From Anaerolineae bacterium (GTDB taxonomy: Bacteria > Chloroflexota > Anaerolineae > UBA2200): a DNA stretch of 39,223 nt. The stretch spans positions 1 through 39,223 of the forward strand of contig JBFEPU010000002.1 in the NCBI GenBank assembly GCA_041549915.1, in the 5' to 3' direction. Positions within the stretch are counted from its first letter, which is position 1, and every line of letters starts with the position of its first letter. The notes beneath the pieces were generated by a model. The model saw only the letters and a program-made list of their open reading frames with translations, searched no databases and was not told where the DNA came from. Shown here in pieces: positions 1 through 9,441 of the stretch. A program made the position numbers and the translations under genes.

Positions 1-177
1 CTGTCAGCTTGCGGGCAATTCCACCAGCAGGCTGGTTCCCGTGCCCTGCTCCAATGCTGCACCCCGCTGTTCCCAACTAGGGGCAGGCTTATTCCTATCA
101 AGCATCTCTTTGTTGACGCAGGTAATGGCCTGCTGCGCTTCTGCCCTTGCCCATCGTGCCACCAGACGCTCAGGGGG

Positions 178-3100
178 TCAGGGCTTGCCACCGCCAACAA
201 TGATCGGCAGGTAGAGCGGGTTCAGGAGCCGGACGACCATCGTGCTTGCCGAGCGCTCGACGACATGTCCAGCCTCATCCTGGATGAGTGCCGTGTTGCG
301 CAGGGCAGTACCCAACTGCAGGTCCTCGCCCAGCCGCATCTGAAAACGTACCATCACCATGCCCTGGGCGACAATCTCGCCGTGCCAGGTCACCTCCTCG
401 GCACCTACCGCTCCCTGGCCACTGCTCCACCACAGGGAGGCAGGGATCAGGGTGGCGCCGGTTGGTATCACATCCGTCAAAACGCCAGCAGTGGAAATCA
501 CGCCCACATTTCGCAGACGTATGGTGCAAGTGATGACGTCTCCTGGGCGGGCCTGGGCTGGCATTGTCTTGCCGGAAGCCGACAAATCGTGCGTCTGCAG
601 AACGGTCACCACTGTCTTGGTAACCACATTGCCCACACCATCGTAGAAGCTGGCGGTGTTGGTGATCTGCGTACCGTGCAGAGCATCAGGCGGCGTAGTC
701 ACGGTAAAGGACAGAGGGACGCTACCGCCAGCGGGAAGTGCCCCTTGCCATTCGATGCGGTTCTCGACGTCGTTGTATGTCGCGCCGCTTGACACGCTCC
801 CTGCTACATAGCTCGCACCCAGAGGGATGGGATCGATGAGGCTGGCATCGGAGGCATCCACATTGCCTGAGTTCCGCAGAACAAGGTGGTAGACCAACCT
901 GCCGCCGGGCCGTGCCTGTGTCTCATCAACAGCCAGATCGGAGCCGGACAGATCGATTCGATTGACCCACGTGGTTGTCGTTAACGGGAATGGAGGCTGC
1001 TGACCAACCGTCAGCAGCGCTTCGTTGGTAACCAACGTATTGAAGGGAGCATCCTGGGCTACCCTAGCCCGGAAAGTGATGCGCTGTCCAGTCACCGGTT
1101 CAAAAAGAAGGGCCAGGCCAGCATGCAGGGGATCACCGGGGCCCCTCCCGTTATAGAGATACTCCACACCCTGCGTTCCCCCGGCATCCTCTACGCCGAC
1201 CGTCGCGCTCTCGCCAGCGCCGGATGGTCCTGCCAAGGAGTTGTACTGGATCATAATCTGGTTGCTGCCCTCGTACAGGATCACTTCAAAGGTCAACAGA
1301 TCGGTGCTGCCAAAGCGCGTCACTCCTGCCCACTCAATGGCCAAACGACGATTGGGTGCGCTGCCCAGCAGCTTGAAGTACATTGTGCCTTCCTCAGAAA
1401 CCAAGTCATCCCAGAAGGGGGCAATGAAGTTGTTGGGCGCATCCACTCGCGGAATCGCAACATTGACCAAGGACGACGAGCCAGAGCCAAAGAGAACCTG
1501 ACCATTGGTGTTCAGGTAGAACTCGGTGTAGTCAACGCCGTAGAATGTGAAAGGGAATCCGATGTCGAAAGGCCCCAGCGCTGCATCATCCCCACCAGGG
1601 ACGCTTGTGCCACCATCGGTGGCATCTACCCAGTCGTATGTGACGGTGCCACTGTCACTGTCCGCCCACCGATAGCTGCCTTCCGCACCTGCCGCCAGAA
1701 TGCCACTCCACTCGATCCGGTTCAACTCGGTGTTGTAGATCGCTCCTATCACGCTCCCGGGTACATAGGTGAGGTGGGGTGGTATGGGATCCACCAGAGC
1801 TGCGTTGGTGGCACCAACTCCTGCCAGGTTGCGCAGCTCGATCCAATAGCTCAACTCATCACCACCAACCGCCAACGGCTTGTCCACCACCTTGTGGGAG
1901 AAGGGCAGGTCAATCCAGTCAAGGCGGGTGGTGACGGTCAACGGAATGGGGGGGGCATCACCAACCGTCAGTAGTGCCTCGTTGTGAACCTCCGTTTTCA
2001 GCGGCACATCTGGGGCTATGCGGGCACGGAACTCGATCACATGCGCAACCACTGGTTCGAACAGAACGGCCAGACCAGCGTGCAATGGATAGCCAGGGCC
2101 CTCACCGTCATACAGATACTCAACACCTTCCGTTCCCTCTGCATTCTCTATGCCCACCGTTGCGCTCTCGCCCACACCAGAGGAGCCACGCAAGGTTTGG
2201 TACTGGATTAGGATTTGATTGCTACCCTCGTACAGAATCACTTCAAAGGTCAACGAATCCTGAGTGCCGTAGTGATGCACACCCGCCCACTCGATGACCA
2301 GCTGGCGACCGGGTGCGTCGCCCAACAACTTGTAGTACATCGTGCCTTCCTCGGAGACCAGGTCATCCCAGAAGGGCGCAATGAAGTTGTTCGGCGCATC
2401 CGCCTCTGGAATGCTGACATTGAAGTACTCTGAAGAGCCAGAGTCGAACAGCACCTGGCCGTTGGTGTTCAGATAGAACTCGGTGTGCTCCGCGCCGTAG
2501 AGTGTAAATGGGAATCCGATGTCAAAAGGCCCAGACCACTCATCATCTCCGCCCGGAACGCTTGTGCCACCATCAGTGGCGTCTATCCAATCGAATGCCA
2601 CACCCCCTGTATCGCTGTCGGTCCAGCGATAGCCGCCCTCGATACTTGGCGGCAGGACGCCACTCCACTCAATCTGATTCAAGTCGGCGTTGTAGGTTGC
2701 CCCCTCCACACTCCCGGGCAGATAGGTGAGATGGGGCGGGATCGGATCAATCAGACTGACCTCGGTGGCAGTCACAGCACCAACGTTCTTCAGTTCGATG
2801 AAATAGCCGAGTTCATCACCGCTACTGGCCACAGGTTTGTCCACCGCCTTGTGCGAAGGAGAGAGGTCGGGCGCCTCAACGGCTGTGCTGGCCAGCATTG
2901 TTTGCACCCCACACAGACCATCATCCACCACTGCGGTATTGGTGATCACCGTACCTCTGGCGAGGTGCTCATCGACTACAACCCGGAAACTCAAATCCGT
3001 GCTCGATCGAGGAGGCACAGCACCTTGCCACTCGATGCGGTTGGCCGCGGCATCATAGGTGGCAGCGCCCACAAGACTGCCGGGCACGTAGACCGTTTGA

Positions 3101-6100
3101 GCGGGTATGTCGTCGTGCAAGACAGCCTGCGGGATTGCCTGACTACCGGGGTTGCGCAGGGTGATGACATAGGCCAACTCATCCCCGGCTTCCACTGTCG
3201 TTGGCGCCACCACGCCAGAACCGCCCAGGGTCGTTCCAACGGCCAGGGTCTCGTGTGCAGCTGCAATCCCTCTCTGGAAATCAACTCCCCCCGCCACAAA
3301 GAGTCGGCCTGCCACATGAACTGCACTGGTACCTGCCCTTTGTGGTGAAGCCAGAGACGACATGACCACCCACGAGTCCGCTGCTGGATCATAGCGTTCG
3401 ACCGTAGGCAGGCCCTCGAAACCGTTGCCCCCTCCGATGGCATAGAGATAACCATCGGCGGCGACCAGACTCGGGGATTGGCGCCCGGTAGGCATTGGCG
3501 CGAGCGACACCCAAGAGTCGGTAGCGGGGTCGTAAGCCTCGAACGTTCTGAGAGCTGGCCAGCCGCCAGCTACGTATATCTTGCCACCCAGCTCAGCAGC
3601 GGAGGCGGCCTCGCGCGGGCCTGATGGCATCGGCGCCTTTTCGCTCCACAACCGAGTCGTCGGATCATACTCGAGGTTGCTGCTCAGCACCACCCCGCCG
3701 CTCGCACTCCCACCGAAAGCGTACAACTTTCCACCAGCTGCGGCAACCGCCATGCCTGCCGCTGCGTGCGGCAGATCGCCGCCCTGCGTCCAACGGTTCA
3801 CGGCTGCGTTGTATATCTCCAGCACCGACAAGCGGTCTTGGCCGCGCATTCCGCCCGGTACGTAGATCTTGCCTTCGATTGCTGCCGCAGTGGTGTCTGC
3901 GGCGGCCGTGAGCTTGGGCGCCATCCCCCTCCAAGTCCCCGTGCGCAGGTCGTACATTTCATTTGTCCGCGAGGCCTCGTTGTCCGCATCCCAGCCACCG
4001 ATGACAAAGAATTGACAGCCCCCAGCGGCAGCGGCGGCCAAGCCGTAGCGGGGCGTCGGCAGGATTGGCAGCGCTCTCCAAGGCATCGCAGCAGTCACGT
4101 CGATTAGGCGTTCTTCGCTGAGGCCCGGCACTGTGCTGGACTGCGCCCGCAAGGTCAGAGTTCCCGTGTCGCCCGTGACCGCAGCCACAGGTATCTGCAC
4201 CCGGAGGACAAGATTGGCTGGTGAGCACGCGGACACAACTGTGGTGGTGATCTGACGGGTGCGCGTGGAATCCAAAACGGTCGCTGGCCAGCGGCTGCCT
4301 TCCACAGTCAGCACATAAGAGTCTGCTTGCACGCCCCGGTTCACCAAAGCAAATTCAAGCACAGCTTCATCACCAGGGGTACCTGCAGCTCGTGGCGACG
4401 GCGTGATCAAAGAGAGGGCATAGTCAGGCCGTGGCTCAGCCAACCACTCGATCGAGCGCTGCATGATTTCCGTACGAACAGCCCCCGGCCCAACGCCCTC
4501 CAGGCCAAAGGCCAGGTACACAACGCGGAACCCTCTGCAATCATCTGCTGCCACGCCTGCCTGACCATCGTTCACATAATCCAGGACGCTGAAAGCCATG
4601 TTGTCGAGGGGTGCGATTTCACTTGGCGCGTCCTGGTTCGCTGCGCTGTCAGGGGCATCCAGCCTGAGGGTGACGCCCTCTAGAAACGCCCCTCCTGCAC
4701 CCACGATGTGCTTGATCCCAGAATCGTCGCGGATGTAGCGGGCGTGCAAATAGCCCTCGTACTCATCAAGCCCGTACTGCCTCTCGACATCCCAATAGCC
4801 AATGTCCTGACCAGCCAGAAGAAGCGCCTTCCCGGACTGCAGGTAGTCAGACAGATCTGGCCAGGCGCCAATGTAGCCGGGCGACGAGAGCGGCTGGGCC
4901 CACACGACGACGTCGTACTTGCTGAGGGTGGTGGGAGGAGGGAAATTGCCGATCCCGAACAACGACCGGTTATCCACAACCCACAGATCATAGCTATAGA
5001 GCAATGCCTCCAGAGACCTCTGATAGTACTCAATGTGGCCGACCGTAAACCAGGCATCCGCATCCACAAGCAGAATCTTGGGGATCACCTCCAGCTCAAG
5101 ATCGCGTTGCACGTTCTGGCCCTGAGATACGATGGTCACCACAACCTGTGCGATCTTGTGTCCGGCACGAGAGGGCACAGCTTCCAGGACATGCTGGCCC
5201 ACCGGCAGCGTCATCGTGTAAAAGCCCAACTCATCCGTTGTGACCTCTGCGGAGCGCTGGATGTTTCTCAGAGTAGCGCTCACTGGCTGGCCTGTACCTA
5301 CCTCTATGACACGTCCCGAGATACTGCCGGCAGGCAGTGCAGTCAGACGGAAATCCAATTGCGTCGTCGAGTCAGCAGCGATCTCTACCCCTCCTGCCGA
5401 CCGTGGAGCATAGTAGAACTGCTCAGCAGTCACATCATAGATGCCTGCTGCTACCGAGAAGGTGTAATATCCTTGGCTGTCCGTCCATATCTGGGCACTC
5501 CCCCCAAAACGCTGGTTCACCATGGTGATCGTTGCCCCATGGATGCCGTCACTAGTGGCCGCGTCGGTAACCCTGCCCCAGAAGGCTCCGCCCTGGGCAA
5601 TGCTACCGACTGCCTGATAGGCATCCACACGCCCCCACCCATAATCGTTGTTAGGCACCGACCCAACATCTGGCAGCGGGTGCGCAGTGCTGGTAATGAT
5701 CTGCTCTGTAGCCGTAATCGTCAGTCGTGGTCCATTCCAGGCGGTTGCAGCCCCATATTGCCTATCCGCCTGCCACAGCAGAGCAACCGTGCCGGCAACG
5801 TGGGGCGTTGCCATCGACGTGCCCTCCCACGCTTCATACTGATTATCGGGGACTGTGGAGCGTACGTTCGCGCCGGGTGCAGTGACCTCGGGCTTGATCT
5901 CATCCCAGGGAGAAGGCCCACGGCAGCTCCATGTCGTCACGGCATCGTTTTGATCCGTGGCGCCCACAGCGAAAGCATGAGGGAAACTGCCCGGAGCGTT
6001 GACTGCGAGGCGGCCCAGATCCTCGTTGCCTGCGGCAAACACGGTGAAGATCCCCGCAGCGCGGAGGGCGTGCAAATCGTCCCAGAACGTGATGTCGGAA

Positions 6101-7254
6101 CTGTCCGAATCGCCCCAAGAGTTGCTGCAGATGTCCGGAGCCAGGGCAGGATTGGGGTTTTGTCCATTGAGATCGGTGGGGGCCAGTATCCACTGGAAGC
6201 CAGCGTGAATCCACGACTCGTAAGCATCACCTTCGTCGTCAAAAACCTTGGCCGAGATCCAGCGAGCCTCAGGCGCCACGCCGACCTGGTTTCGTCCATC
6301 AGGCAGAGTGCCAACCATTATGCCCATGGTATGTGTGCCGTGGCCTTCGCCATCGTCAGGAGCGAGGGGATAGGCGTCGGTGGCATCAAACCAGTTGTAG
6401 TCATGTTGCGGCTGTGCCGGGTCGGCAGGATCATAGCCCCGGTACTGGCGTCTCAGAGCTGGGTGTGTCCAGTCCACTCCTGAATCGAGATGGGCAATCA
6501 CTACGCCCGCGCCACGCAGTCCATAGGCATTCCAAACACGATCTGCGCCGATCGTGGCAATGTTCCATTCGATTGAGTCTAGGGACGAAGGCGCCGCGTC
6601 CGATGGGAGCGTCTCCCCCGGCGTCCCGCCCTGCGCGATGGATGGCTTCGCCTTGGCCGGTGTGGGAAGGTGATACACCCGGTCCTCCCGAATGGATTCC
6701 ACCTCCGGTCGCGCGGCTACGGCCAGCAATGTCTGCAAATCGCTGGTGATAGCAAGGCCATTAAAGACCCAGTAGGAAGTGAAGGAAGTGACGCTGCCGG
6801 AAGCTTGTTGTGCCTCCAGATAGGTAAGCAGGTCCGCCTGGGACTGCTGAGCGGTCTGGCGCAAAGCCCGAACTACAGCCTGACGCCTTTCCTGAAGTTC
6901 TGCCACCTGTGCCGGGGGGATTAGGTCCGCCTTGGGTTTCAGGCGCACAATGTATTGGACCTGTGGCCTGCGCTTGACTAGGTCGTCATGCCCCTCTGCA
7001 CCGCGATCATCGATCTCAGGCAGCGCGGCCTCTGTGAACTGCTTGAGAACACGAGGGTCAATCTTGCGCCTCAGCTCGAGGGGGATTGTGGCAATCGCCT
7101 TGTGTGCCTCCGGCAAGGTGTCGAGCGATTTCTGTTTCGGCGGCTCGTCGGCGTGCGCCTGGAGCGAGGATGGAGGAACGATCACCGCTAACAAAGTCAG
7201 GGCGAAGAGTGCAACAAGCACCAAACACGCCTTGGTCACATTCCGCAGTGCCAT
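178..7254 (-). CDS. Giant secreted multidomain subtilisin-like serine protease (peptidase S8), about 2358 aa. Domain order: signal peptide, I9-like propeptide, S8 domain, two CarboxypepD_reg-like modules, alpha/beta domain, six Kelch-like blades, DUF11-like repeats with nested NIDO-like inserts
   Basis: Track ORF 178..7257 begins with TTG. The ATG at 7254 lies 5 nt after AAGGAGG. The N-terminus is hydrophobic and signal-like (LVLVALFALTLLAVIV). S8 triad motifs: HLDSGVD (Asp codon 6484-6486), GHGTHT (His 6340-6342), GTSMATPHVAG (Ser 5815-5817). Six GG-containing blades (FFVIGGW, IYVPGGM, LYAFGGS, IYVAGGW, LYAIGGG, LFVAGGV) lie at about 3270-4085. Repeated GDEL.Y.I.L.N.G...DPIP segments are typical of DUF11. 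Confidence 0.9.
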   Translation of the reverse strand: MALRNVTKACLVLVALFALTLLAVIVPPSSLQAHADEPPKQKSLDTLPEAHKAIATIPLELRRKIDPRVLKQFTEAALPEIDDRGAEGHDDLVKRRPQVQYIVRLKPKADLIPPAQVAELQERRQAVVRALRQTAQQSQADLLTYLEAQQASGSVTSFTSYWVFNGLAITSDLQTLLAVAARPEVESIREDRVYHLPTPAKAKPSIAQGGTPGETLPSDAAPSSLDSIEWNIATIGADRVWNAYGLRGAGVVIAHLDSGVDWTHPALRRQYRGYDPADPAQPQHDYNWFDATDAYPLAPDDGEGHGTHTMGIMVGTLPDGRNQVGVAPEARWISAKVFDDEGDAYESWIHAGFQWILAPTDLNGQNPNPALAPDICSNSWGDSDSSDITFWDDLHALRAAGIFTVFAAGNEDLGRLAVNAPGSFPHAFAVGATDQNDAVTTWSCRGPSPWDEIKPEVTAPGANVRSTVPDNQYEAWEGTSMATPHVAGTVALLWQADRQYGAATAWNGPRLTITATEQIITSTAHPLPDVGSVPNNDYGWGRVDAYQAVGSIAQGGAFWGRVTDAATSDGIHGATITMVNQRFGGSAQIWTDSQGYYTFSVAAGIYDVTAEQFYYAPRSAGGVEIAADSTTQLDFRLTALPAGSISGRVIEVGTGQPVSATLRNIQRSAEVTTDELGFYTMTLPVGQHVLEAVPSRAGHKIAQVVVTIVSQGQNVQRDLELEVIPKILLVDADAWFTVGHIEYYQRSLEALLYSYDLWVVDNRSLFGIGNFPPPTTLSKYDVVVWAQPLSSPGYIGAWPDLSDYLQSGKALLLAGQDIGYWDVERQYGLDEYEGYLHARYIRDDSGIKHIVGAGGAFLEGVTLRLDAPDSAANQDAPSEIAPLDNMAFSVLDYVNDGQAGVAADDCRGFRVVYLAFGLEGVGPGAVRTEIMQRSIEWLAEPRPDYALSLITPSPRAAGTPGDEAVLEFALVNRGVQADSYVLTVEGSRWPATVLDSTRTRQITTTVVSACSPANLVLRVQIPVAAVTGDTGTLTLRAQSSTVPGLSEERLIDVTAAMPWRALPILPTPRYGLAAAAAGGCQFFVIGGWDADNEASRTNEMYDLRTGTWRGMAPKLTAAADTTAAAIEGKIYVPGGMRGQDRLSVLEIYNAAVNRWTQGGDLPHAAAGMAVAAAGGKLYAFGGSASGGVVLSSNLEYDPTTRLWSEKAPMPSGPREAASAAELGGKIYVAGGWPALRTFEAYDPATDSWVSLAPMPTGRQSPSLVAADGYLYAIGGGNGFEGLPTVERYDPAADSWVVMSSLASPQRAGTSAVHVAGRLFVAGGVDFQRGIAAAHETLAVGTTLGGSGVVAPTTVEAGDELAYVITLRNPGSQAIPQAVLHDDIPAQTVYVPGSLVGAATYDAAANRIEWQGAVPPRSSTDLSFRVVVDEHLARGTVITNTAVVDDGLCGVQTMLASTAVEAPDLSPSHKAVDKPVASSGDELGYFIELKNVGAVTATEVSLIDPIPPHLTYLPGSVEGATYNADLNQIEWSGVLPPSIEGGYRWTDSDTGGVAFDWIDATDGGTSVPGGDDEWSGPFDIGFPFTLYGAEHTEFYLNTNGQVLFDSGSSEYFNVSIPEADAPNNFIAPFWDDLVSEEGTMYYKLLGDAPGRQLVIEWAGVHHYGTQDSLTFEVILYEGSNQILIQYQTLRGSSGVGESATVGIENAEGTEGVEYLYDGEGPGYPLHAGLAVLFEPVVAHVIEFRARIAPDVPLKTEVHNEALLTVGDAPPIPLTVTTRLDWIDLPFSHKVVDKPLAVGGDELSYWIELRNLAGVGATNAALVDPIPPHLTYVPGSVIGAIYNTELNRIEWSGILAAGAEGSYRWADSDSGTVTYDWVDATDGGTSVPGGDDAALGPFDIGFPFTFYGVDYTEFYLNTNGQVLFGSGSSSLVNVAIPRVDAPNNFIAPFWDDLVSEEGTMYFKLLGSAPNRRLAIEWAGVTRFGSTDLLTFEVILYEGSNQIMIQYNSLAGPSGAGESATVGVEDAGGTQGVEYLYNGRGPGDPLHAGLALLFEPVTGQRITFRARVAQDAPFNTLVTNEALLTVGQQPPFPLTTTTWVNRIDLSGSDLAVDETQARPGGRLVYHLVLRNSGNVDASDASLIDPIPLGASYVAGSVSSGATYNDVENRIEWQGALPAGGSVPLSFTVTTPPDALHGTQITNTASFYDGVGNVVTKTVVTVLQTHDLSASGKTMPAQARPGDVITCTIRLRNVGVISTAGVLTDVIPTGATLIPASLWWSSGQGAVGAEEVTWHGEIVAQGMVMVRFQMRLGEDLQLGTALRNTALIQDEAGHVVERSASTMVVRLLNPLYLPIIVGGGKP
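940..2860 (-). repeat. Intragenic tandem duplication: two diverged in-frame units of 957 nt (319 codons) inside the protease gene
   Basis: Equivalent landmarks (TTGTCCACC) sit at 1880 and 2837, and the matching VD codons of the next repeat at 925, giving a period of exactly 957 nt. The protein units SHKAVDKP...VTTRLDW and SHKVVDKP...TTTWVNR align end to end with high identity. The duplicated antisense ORFs 1123..1974 and 2485..3348 are a by-product of this repeat. Confidence 0.85.
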
Positions 7255-7317
7255 CAAGGCCTCCTTTCAAGCAAGCCGCTTCCAGTAACGCGAAGCTCTT
7301 GGCGCGAGGTCTGCGTG

Positions 7318-7346
7318 TTTATACCACACGTTGCGCACCGTGTCAA
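7318..7346 (-). promoter_or_regulatory. Sigma-70-type promoter for the giant protease gene
   Basis: Minus strand reads TTGACA (7346-7341), a 17-nt spacer, then TATAAA (7323-7318). It lies about 65 nt upstream of the ATG at 7254 and just downstream of the macB terminator. Confidence 0.5.
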
Positions 7347-7407
7347 TCACCGTGACTAGGGCCCACATTCCAATCTGAGAGGGGATTCCCTGCCTCCAGG
7401 CAAGTCC

Positions 7408-7436
7408 AAAAAAGAAGCGAGGGCATCTGCCCTCGC
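7408..7436 (-). terminator. Rho-independent terminator of the MacAB-like operon
   Basis: Minus strand reads GCGAGGGC-agat-GCCCTCGC followed by TTCTTTTTT, starting 24 nt after the permease stop (7460). Confidence 0.65.
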
Positions 7437-7459
7437 TTTCCTGTCTCCCTGCTCAAGCA

Positions 7460-8701
7460 CTATTCATAGCGCAATGCCTCAATGGGGTTGAGGCGCGCAG
7501 CACGCGTGGCGGGGTAAATGCCGAAGAACAAACCCACCGCCACAGAGAAGGTCACCGACAGGGCTACGGACTGAAGCGAAACCTCAGTAACCAGAACGCC
7601 CGTTGCGTTGACTGCAGCAGCTGCGAGCGCGCCAAAGCCAATCCCAATCAGTCCGCCGACGATGCTCAACACGACCGCCTCAATCAGGAACTGCGCCATG
7701 ATGTCCCGCCGCTTTCCGCCCACCGCCTTGCGGATGCCGATCTCACGCGTCCGCTCTGTCACCGACACCAGCAGGATGTTCATGATCCCTATCCCATCCA
7801 CGAGCAGCGAGATGGCCGCGATGGCTCCCAGGAAAATAGTCAGGATATCTGTGACCTGATTGAGCACCCCCAGGATATCCTGCTGGCTTGTGACGGTAAA
7901 GTCATCGTCCTGAAACTGGATCTCGTGCCGTTGGCGCAGCAGTTCGGTGATCTGCTCTATGGCGGCATCCATACGATCCTCGCTGACCGCTGAGGCATTG
8001 ATCACCGAGACTGCGGTGCCTCCTCTTTTCGCCGTAACGCTGCCAAAGAGCCGAGTCGTGGCCGTGGTGATGGGCACAAAGACCCAGCTATCCCGGTCGC
8101 CGCCACCCCCAAAGCCACCCAGCTCCTCAAGGACGCCAACGACTCGGAACGGCATGCGATTGATGCGGATGGTCTGCCCGACAGGGCTCTGCTCATCGAA
8201 CAGATCGTCAGCGATCCGCCCGCCAAGAACTGCCACACGGGCTGAGGAGGACAATTCCTGCGCGCTGATGAAACTCCCTTGCTCTACCTCGAACTTGCGC
8301 ACAAAGGCATATTCCGGCGTCGTGCCTACTACACTCGTATTGGTGTTGCGGTTTCGATAGATGATCTGTGCGCTGCGAGTCACCTGCGGCGCTACGGCCG
8401 CGACGTCTGGGCAGTTCAACGGGTTGGCAATGGCCTCGGCGTCTTCGATGGTCAGACTGGCCAGCGTACCCATACCGAAGGAGGCACCGGCCTGCGTAAG
8501 GGACCCGGGTATGACGAAGATCAGATTGGAGCCAATGCCCTGTATCTGCTCGGTAATCGCCTTTTGCGCCCCCTGGCCAATGGACAACAGACCGATCACG
8601 GCCCCGACGCCAATGATGATGCCCAACATCGTCAGCACAGAGCGCATTTTGTTGGCCGCTAGTCCCCGCATGGCTAAGCGAATGCTCTCAATTACGTCCA
8701 T
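7460..8701 (-). CDS. ABC transporter permease, MacB/FtsX family (N-terminal TM, large extracytoplasmic MacB_PCD-like domain, C-terminal FtsX 3-TM bundle)
   Basis: 413-aa ORF with an ATG start. The N-terminus IESIRLAMRGLAANKMRSVLTMLGIIIGVGAVI and C-terminus TREIGIRKAVGGKRRDIMAQFLIEA...NPIEALRYE are hallmark MacB/FtsX-type sequences. Confidence 0.9.
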   Translation of the reverse strand: MDVIESIRLAMRGLAANKMRSVLTMLGIIIGVGAVIGLLSIGQGAQKAITEQIQGIGSNLIFVIPGSLTQAGASFGMGTLASLTIEDAEAIANPLNCPDVAAVAPQVTRSAQIIYRNRNTNTSVVGTTPEYAFVRKFEVEQGSFISAQELSSSARVAVLGGRIADDLFDEQSPVGQTIRINRMPFRVVGVLEELGGFGGGGDRDSWVFVPITTATTRLFGSVTAKRGGTAVSVINASAVSEDRMDAAIEQITELLRQRHEIQFQDDDFTVTSQQDILGVLNQVTDILTIFLGAIAAISLLVDGIGIMNILLVSVTERTREIGIRKAVGGKRRDIMAQFLIEAVVLSIVGGLIGIGFGALAAAAVNATGVLVTEVSLQSVALSVTFSVAVGLFFGIYPATRAARLNPIEALRYE

Positions 8702-8721
8702 CGTTGTTCAACCATCACTTC

Positions 8722-9441
8722 CTATGCCGACTCCGCAGCTTCGACTTGATAAGCACACGAGCCGTCCGTTCGTTCTTCGCCCACGATCACACCATCCCTC
8801 AGTCGCACGATGCGCGGGGTGCATGCCGCAACCTCTGGATCGTGCGTCACGAATATGATGGTGATGCCCCGTTCGCTGTTGAGGCTCTGAAAAATGGAGA
8901 TGATCTCCGCCCCGGTCTTTGTGTCAAGGTTGCCAGTCGGCTCATCCGCCAATATGATGGTAGGTTCGTTGACCAATGCGCGCGCAATGGCCACGCGCTG
9001 CTGTTCGCCGCCAGAGAGCTCATTGGGCTTGTGGTGCAGGCGGTCACCCAGGCCAACGCTTTCCAGAGCTGCCTCTGCGTTGGCGCGACGCCTGGACCTC
9101 GCAGCCATGGCGTAGACCATGGGTATCTCTACGTTCTCAATCGCGCTTGTCCTGGGCAACAAGTTGTAGCTCTGAAAGACAAACCCTATTCTCTTGTTGC
9201 GAATCTCTGCTAGTTCGTCATCAGTCAATCCGCCGACGCGCGTGCCATTCAGGTAGTATCGCCCACTTGTGGGCTGATCCAGACAACCCAGGATATTCAT
9301 AAGCGTGCTTTTCCCGGAACCAGATGGCCCCATGATCGACAGCAGCTCCCCTGGCTCGACCTCGAGATCCACACCCCGTAGGGCATGCACGGTGACCGTG
9401 CCCATCTCGTAGACCTTGGTCACACCTTCCAACTTGATCAC
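8722..9441 (-). CDS. ABC transporter ATP-binding protein (MacB/LolD-type NBD)
   Basis: Walker [10 protein letters not shown], signature LSGGEQQR, Walker B IILADEPT. The GTG start at 9441-9439 overlaps the upstream TAG stop by 1 nt (TAGTG). Confidence 0.93.
   Translation of the reverse strand: MIKLEGVTKVYEMGTVTVHALRGVDLEVEPGELLSIMGPSGSGKSTLMNILGCLDQPTSGRYYLNGTRVGGLTDDELAEIRNKRIGFVFQSYNLLPRTSAIENVEIPMVYAMAARSRRRANAEAALESVGLGDRLHHKPNELSGGEQQRVAIARALVNEPTIILADEPTGNLDTKTGAEIISIFQSLNSERGITIIFVTHDPEVAACTPRIVRLRDGVIVGEERTDGSCAYQVEAAESA

Noticed and set aside
1-177. 33-codon minus-strand ORF (MLDRNKPAPSWEQRGAALEQGTGTSLLVELPAS) downstream of the protease gene, at about 6-107.
   Set aside because: It is very short, has only a weak SD (AAAGAG) and no recognisable motif, and lies at the window edge. 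It cannot be supported.
4708-6483. 591-codon plus-strand ORF. Other long plus-strand ORFs are similar (1123..1974, 2485..3348, 28699..29493, 29378..30649, 35561..36340, 14066..14935).
   Set aside because: All lie antisense to genes with strong family motifs. Their translations are Arg/Pro/Gly/His-rich with no recognisable motifs. Long stop-free antisense frames are expected in GC-rich coding DNA. Two of them simply mirror the 957-nt duplication.
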